Shown: positions 59,192 through 64,000 of the stretch, one piece after another
Layout of the letters: every line of letters starts with the position of its first letter
Position numbering within the stretch: the first letter of the stretch is position 1
Origin: an uncultured virus (IMG/VR IMGVR_UViG_3300030102_002720)
Taxonomy: Duplodnaviria; Heunggongvirae; Uroviricota; Caudoviricetes
DNA: 64,000 nucleotides
Virus record (IMG/VR): IMGVR_UViG_3300030102_002720
Span: 1 to 64,000 of that record
Direction: 5' to 3' (one strand)
Notes under the pieces: model-generated
Seen by the model: the letters and a program-made list of their open reading frames with translations, nothing else
Database searches by the model: none
Told to the model about the DNA's origin: nothing
Position numbers and translations under genes: made by a program

Positions 59192-60033
59192 TGTCAGAAA
59201 TCAAAGTTAATGCCATAAAAAAACGTAACGGTAGTTCGATCACTATTGGTGAATCGGGTGATACTATTACGATAACAGGTGGCGCAGCTTTATCTGGTTC
59301 TGGTGCATCTCTTACAGCTTTAAATGGTAGTAATGTTGCATCTGGAACTGTAGCAAATGCTCGTCTAGTAGGTAGTGGTTCAATAACAATAAATGGATCA
59401 GCAGTAGCTCTTGGTGGTTCTGTTACTATTGGAGAAACAAAACCGACAATTACTGGTGTAACACCAAGCACAATAGATAATACAGCAACTAACGTTGTCA
59501 TAGCTGGTACAAACTTTGTATCGGTCCCGCAAGTAGAAGCTATTTCTTCTACGGGAGCTATTACAGCAGCCAATACTGTAACATTTACAAGCGCTACATC
59601 TATTACGGCTAATTTTACACTGGCAACAGATGGTGTTTATTTTATTCGTGTAGAAAATAATGATGGTAATGCGGTAAGATCTGGTGCAATATTAACAGTA
59701 TCTGATGCACCGACATGGACTACAGGAGCTGGTTCTCTTGGAACTATCGCAGGTAATTTTTCGGGTACGGTTGCAACAGTGGCAGCTACTGGAGACAGCA
59801 CTTTAGCTTTTTCAGAAACAACAAATGTTTTAACAAATGCAGGACAAGCAAATTGCTCGCTAAATTCAAGCACAGGTGTTATAACTACTACTGATTTTGG
59901 TGGATCGTCAACATCTGCTACAACGTATAACTTTACGCTTCGTGTCACTGATGCAGAAGGTCAGACAGCAGATCGTGCCTTTTCACTAACATCTAGTTTT
60001 GCACTAGAAGATTCAGGAAGGTTTGATGGCTGA
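59191..60033 (+). CDS. Ig-like tail stalk protein, cassette C
   Basis: Paralog of 52230 and 55556. Confidence 0.7.
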   Translation: MSEIKVNAIKKRNGSSITIGESGDTITITGGAALSGSGASLTALNGSNVASGTVANARLVGSGSITINGSAVALGGSVTIGETKPTITGVTPSTIDNTATNVVIAGTNFVSVPQVEAISSTGAITAANTVTFTSATSITANFTLATDGVYFIRVENNDGNAVRSGAILTVSDAPTWTTGAGSLGTIAGNFSGTVATVAATGDSTLAFSETTNVLTNAGQANCSLNSSTGVITTTDFGGSSTSATTYNFTLRVTDAEGQTADRAFSLTSSFALEDSGRFDG

Positions 60034-61420
60034 TACATATTTAACAAAAACATTTGCAAGTGCAGGCAACAGAAAAACGTTTACTTTTTCTGTTTGGTTA
60101 AAACAAGCATTTGGACTTACGTCAGGCAATAGTGTCATATTTAGTGCTGGCTCTGCTAGTAATACTTATTGTCAAATTAGAATGAAAAATGCAAATAACT
60201 ATATCCAATTTGAAGATGAGCAAGGAGGTTCTGTAACAGCAACTCCTTATACAGATGCTTGGTTTAGAGATCCAACTGCTTGGAATCATCTTGTCGTAAG
60301 AGTAGATTCAACACAAAGCACTGCTGCTGACCGAGTAAGAATGTATATGAACGGCACTCAATTAACTATGAGTGGAGGAACTCAACCAGGTCAAAACCAA
60401 GATTTTATAATCAACAACAATACTGGTCATGCTTTAGGAACGTTATGGAGAGGTAGTGATTCTGGAGGACATTGGAGCGGACACATGGCACAAGCTATAT
60501 TCTGTGATGGTCAATCTTTAGCTCCAACATCTTTCGGGTCAACTAATTCAGATGGTGTTTGGATTCCTAATTCTGGTCCATCAGTTACTTACGGAACTAA
60601 TGGTTTTAAAATTGATTTTAAGGGAACTGGGGCAAGTGCTGACACTAGTGGTTTTGGTGCTGACAGCAGTGGTAACAGTAATCATTTTGCAACTACAAAC
60701 ATAGGAACAAATCCATCGTCAAAAGATTCTCCAGAAAATAATTTTGCTACTTGGAATGCTCTTGGAAGTAATGCTTCTTCTATAACAGAAGGTGGTCTTA
60801 GAATGGTAGGCGATACAGGAACTAGTTATAGTTTAGGAGCTTGTTCTTCGATAGCTTTTCAAAAAGGTAAATGGTATGCAGAATTTAAAGTAGGTACATT
60901 TGACAATAACTATATAGGATTGTGTAAACAAGGTAATATGCAGTCAAAAGACGCAGATTATCAGTATCAACTAGGTCAATTATTTTACAAAAGTAATGGA
61001 AATAAAGCATCGGGAGATGGAGCAGGAAATTTTGGTGCTGACACTTCTTATGGTGCTAGTTACACTTCAGGAGACATCATAGGAGTAGCTGCAGACATGG
61101 ATAATCTCAAATTATATTTTTCTAAAAACGGAACTTTTCAAGACTCAGGCAATCCTTCTTCTGGTTCTACAGGAACGGGAGCTGCTTTTACTAGTTCTAC
61201 AATAAGTGGAGCGGCAGGCAGTGATATAAAAGCAGATACATTTTACAGTTTTTTCTCTGCAGGATACAACGATGGAATATGTCAAGCTAATTTTGGTAAT
61301 CCATCTTTTACAATTAGCTCTAGTAATGCTGACGCAAATGGATATGGTAGTTTTGAGTATGCAGTGCCGTCAGGGTACTATGCTCTTTGTACAAAAAATT
61401 TAGCACAATACGGAGGGTAA
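60026..61420 (+). CDS. LamG/ConA-like + SPRY protein, cassette C
   Basis: Its 3' two-thirds are nearly identical to 2..997. Confidence 0.75.
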   Translation: MADTYLTKTFASAGNRKTFTFSVWLKQAFGLTSGNSVIFSAGSASNTYCQIRMKNANNYIQFEDEQGGSVTATPYTDAWFRDPTAWNHLVVRVDSTQSTAADRVRMYMNGTQLTMSGGTQPGQNQDFIINNNTGHALGTLWRGSDSGGHWSGHMAQAIFCDGQSLAPTSFGSTNSDGVWIPNSGPSVTYGTNGFKIDFKGTGASADTSGFGADSSGNSNHFATTNIGTNPSSKDSPENNFATWNALGSNASSITEGGLRMVGDTGTSYSLGACSSIAFQKGKWYAEFKVGTFDNNYIGLCKQGNMQSKDADYQYQLGQLFYKSNGNKASGDGAGNFGADTSYGASYTSGDIIGVAADMDNLKLYFSKNGTFQDSGNPSSGSTGTGAAFTSSTISGAAGSDIKADTFYSFFSAGYNDGICQANFGNPSFTISSSNADANGYGSFEYAVPSGYYALCTKNLAQYGG

Positions 61421-62522
61421 CGTGGCAGTATATACATCAATAAATGATCCATCAGTACATTTTCAAAACACACTTTATGTCGGTAATGGTAGTAATGCTC
61501 AAGACATAACAAACACAGGTAATGTTAATTTACAGCCAGATTTACTTTGGATTAAAAACAGAAGTTCAAATTCAAATACAATTTGGCAAGATTCAAGTAG
61601 AGGAATAAACAAACAGTTTTTTACTGACACCAACAATAGTGAATATACTGATGGTAACTGGGGACACGTTAACAGTGTTGCAACAGATGGTTTTCAAGTT
61701 GATGTAGGTAATAATACTTCTGAAGCAAATGCAAATAAAAATAGTGATAATTACATAGCATGGCAATGGAAAGGTAATGGTGGAACAAGTGCTAGCAATA
61801 GTAATGGCTCCATAACTTCTAGTGTTCAAGTTAATACAGCAGCAGGATTTAGCACTATTCTCTATACAGCTACTGGCTCTAATGCAACAATAGGACATGG
61901 ATTATCACAAACGCCTGAACTTATAATAACTAAAGGTCGATCTGATAATCACTCTTGGATTGTTGGATGTACTCACGACAGTTCAGATTTGAGTAAAGTT
62001 TTTGTTATGAATGCTAATGATGCTAGTGTTACAGCTACAGGTAATTATCGAGGTATAGCACCAACAAGCACTGTATATTCAATTGGAACTTCTGGAGGAA
62101 ACAACAGCACAGGTGGTGGTGGTTTATATGTTGCTTATGCTTTTCACTCAGTGCAGGGTTATAGTAATTTTGGTACCTATAAAGGTAATGGCGATGCAGA
62201 TGGTCCATTTGTCTATACAGGTTTTAAACCTGCTTTTGTTTTAGTCAAAAGAACAGACAGCACTGGAAACTGGTACGTTTATGACACAGAAAGAAATGGT
62301 GCTAGTGGTCCTAACACTAACCAAGCACATAGAATTTTATATGCAAATGATGCTTCAAGTGAAATTAATAATGTTGACAGAGGTATTGATATGGTTGCTA
62401 ATGGTTTTAAAATAAGAAATACTTTAGGTGACACAAATAACTCTAGTGGAACTTACATGTATTGGTCTTTTGCATCTAGTCCTTTTGTATCATCAGCAGG
62501 CATACCAACAACAGCGAGATAA
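60391..62522 (+). repeat. long imperfect direct repeat, copy 2
   Basis: Aligns with 1..2089 up to the shared ...acaacagcgagataa stop, then diverges abruptly. Confidence 0.95.
61422..62522 (+). CDS. 'MAYTTINDPS' family tail protein, cassette C
   Basis: N- and C-terminal thirds are nearly identical to 1001..2089; the middle third differs. Confidence 0.7.
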   Translation: MAVYTSINDPSVHFQNTLYVGNGSNAQDITNTGNVNLQPDLLWIKNRSSNSNTIWQDSSRGINKQFFTDTNNSEYTDGNWGHVNSVATDGFQVDVGNNTSEANANKNSDNYIAWQWKGNGGTSASNSNGSITSSVQVNTAAGFSTILYTATGSNATIGHGLSQTPELIITKGRSDNHSWIVGCTHDSSDLSKVFVMNANDASVTATGNYRGIAPTSTVYSIGTSGGNNSTGGGGLYVAYAFHSVQGYSNFGTYKGNGDADGPFVYTGFKPAFVLVKRTDSTGNWYVYDTERNGASGPNTNQAHRILYANDASSEINNVDRGIDMVANGFKIRNTLGDTNNSSGTYMYWSFASSPFVSSAGIPTTAR

Positions 62523-62524
62523 AA

Positions 62525-64000
62525 ATGGGAATATTTGATAATATAAAAAACGTCTTCTCTACTAAAAAAGTAGTTAAAGAAATTAAGCAAAGTCCAATAA
62601 CTATGTTTAGTAATATAAACTATGCACAAGGACAAAAGTATAACTATGATGAGTTAGTAAAAGAAGGGTATGAAAATAATGCTATTGCTTTTAGATGTAT
62701 AAATGAAATATCACAAGGTGCTGCTGGAGTAAAATTAAAATTATTTAGAGGTAAGTTAACTGTTGATGACCATCCTATATTAGACTTACTTGAAAGACCA
62801 TCTCCGACCAAAGGTTATGTTGAGCTTTTTGAATCTTTATATTCTTTCTTATTACTTTCTGGTAATAGTTATTTGATTGGCTCTGGTGGTGAAGGACCAC
62901 CAAAAGAATTATATTGTTTAAGACCTGACAGAGTTAAAATAGTTCCAGGACAAATGAGCTTACCATTAAGTTATGATTATACAATAAATGGTAAAGTAGT
63001 TTCTCAATATGAGGTAGACCAAACAACAGGTGAATCTGCAGTAAAACATTTTAAATTATTTCATCCTAAACATGACCATTTAGGATTATCACCATTAGTT
63101 TCAGCTGCAACTAATATTGATAGTCATAATTTAACTAATATTCATAATGTATCATTATTACAAAATGGAGCTAGACCTAGTGGTGCTGTTATATTTAAAC
63201 CTAAAGATGAAACTGGATCTAGTGTTCAGCTATCAGATTCACAAAGAGCACAAATTATAAAAGATATGGAAAGTCGTTTTGCTGGTACAGGTAATGCTGG
63301 AAGACCTATGTTGTTAGAGGGTGATTTTAGTTTTCAACAAATGGGTATGTCACCTAAAGATATGGATTTTTCAGTATTGAAAAAGATGTCAGCAATAGAT
63401 ATAGCATTATGTTTTGGTGTTCCTGCACAGTTAGTAGGTATTCCTGATGCACAAACTTATAACAATATGCCAGAAGCAAGACTTGCACTTTATGAAGAAA
63501 CAATTATACCTATATTAAGAAGAATACAATCTGATTTGAATGAGTGGCTAACTCCTAAATTTGGTGATGGCTTACGATTAGAGTATGATATTGATAGCAT
63601 ACCAGCTATGGCTGAGAGTCGTAAAAGAGTATTTGAATCAGTAGTAAGTGGAGTAAATGCAGGTATTTTAACTAGAAATGAAGCTAGAGAGAAACTTGGT
63701 TTTGATCCAATAAAAGGAGGAGATGCTTTATTTATACCAGCAACTATGATGCCAATAGGACTTATGGGTGAGAGTGTAGATGAAGATGAAGACGAGAAAA
63801 ATTTAGAACTAACTGATGATTATCCAGTACAGGATGATATAGAGGAGAATGATATGCCAAAATTAAATAAAGCTATTGATTTAAAACCAACTGATTCAAT
63901 GGCAAATGAAGCAAGAAAAGGATTAGAGTGGAGAAGAGAGTTTGGTCGTGGTGGCACTATGGTTGGAGTAGCAAGAGCAAGACAACTAGCAAACAGACAA
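62525..64000 (+). CDS. HK97-family portal protein with C-terminal extension (3'-partial)
   Basis: Manual translation, open to the window end: EGYENNAIAFRCI, HPILDLLERP, LLLSGNSY, LRPDRV, GLSPL, NGARPSG, NAGRPMLLEG, SPKDMDF, FGVPAQLVG, TYNN and LTRNEARE. Confidence 0.9.
   Translation, partial: MGIFDNIKNVFSTKKVVKEIKQSPITMFSNINYAQGQKYNYDELVKEGYENNAIAFRCINEISQGAAGVKLKLFRGKLTVDDHPILDLLERPSPTKGYVELFESLYSFLLLSGNSYLIGSGGEGPPKELYCLRPDRVKIVPGQMSLPLSYDYTINGKVVSQYEVDQTTGESAVKHFKLFHPKHDHLGLSPLVSAATNIDSHNLTNIHNVSLLQNGARPSGAVIFKPKDETGSSVQLSDSQRAQIIKDMESRFAGTGNAGRPMLLEGDFSFQQMGMSPKDMDFSVLKKMSAIDIALCFGVPAQLVGIPDAQTYNNMPEARLALYEETIIPILRRIQSDLNEWLTPKFGDGLRLEYDIDSIPAMAESRKRVFESVVSGVNAGILTRNEAREKLGFDPIKGGDALFIPATMMPIGLMGESVDEDEDEKNLELTDDYPVQDDIEENDMPKLNKAIDLKPTDSMANEARKGLEWRREFGRGGTMVGVARARQLANRQ

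Noticed and set aside
52230..62522. Diversity-generating retroelement or invertase shufflon acting on tail genes
   Set aside because: No reverse transcriptase or recombinase ORF; differences are not adenine-specific; all cassettes share one orientation.
486..62635. Many short alternative-frame or antisense ORFs in the supplied track (e.g. 486, 2518, 4087-4900, 12042, 14025, 30771, 37609, 52280, 59163, 62453)
   Set aside because: They are shadows of long, motif-bearing genes and lack RBS or recognisable motifs.
1..64000. tRNA/rRNA genes, integrase, phage RNA polymerase, stop-codon reassignment
   Set aside because: None recognised by eye. Genes are intact under the standard code and end in TAA, TAG and TGA. 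tRNAscan and HMM searches would be needed to exclude them formally.

Overview
AT-rich, densely coding tailed dsDNA phage sequence, probably marine. An alphaproteobacterial-type host is inferred, not shown. Positions 1-~60390 appear to hold one near-complete, circularly permuted podovirus-like genome. In order it carries tail/needle and internal (ejection) proteins (2-18151) and a replication module: family A DNA polymerase with Leu762, UvrD-like helicase, primase, SSB-like protein and SNF2 helicase (18148-27494). An early/accessory region (27.5-34.7 kb) follows, containing terS, a PD-(D/E)XK nuclease, a Gp88-like Cys-rich protein, short repeats and structured intergenic segments. Then come terL, a P22-like portal, a holin-like gene, lysozyme, GroES, scaffold, major capsid and head-tail genes. 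The genome ends with three tandem paralogous three-gene cassettes (Ig-like stalk + LamG/SPRY + 'MAYTTINDPS' protein; 52230-62522). The first ~2.1 kb recurs at 60391-62522 as a mosaic, non-identical copy. That copy runs into a second, unrelated HK97-family portal gene (62525-end), so two phage lineages seem to share a receptor-binding cassette, or the contig is chimeric at that cassette. No integrase, RNA polymerase, reverse transcriptase, tRNA, rRNA or cas genes were recognised. All functional calls come from motif recognition by eye, without database searches.
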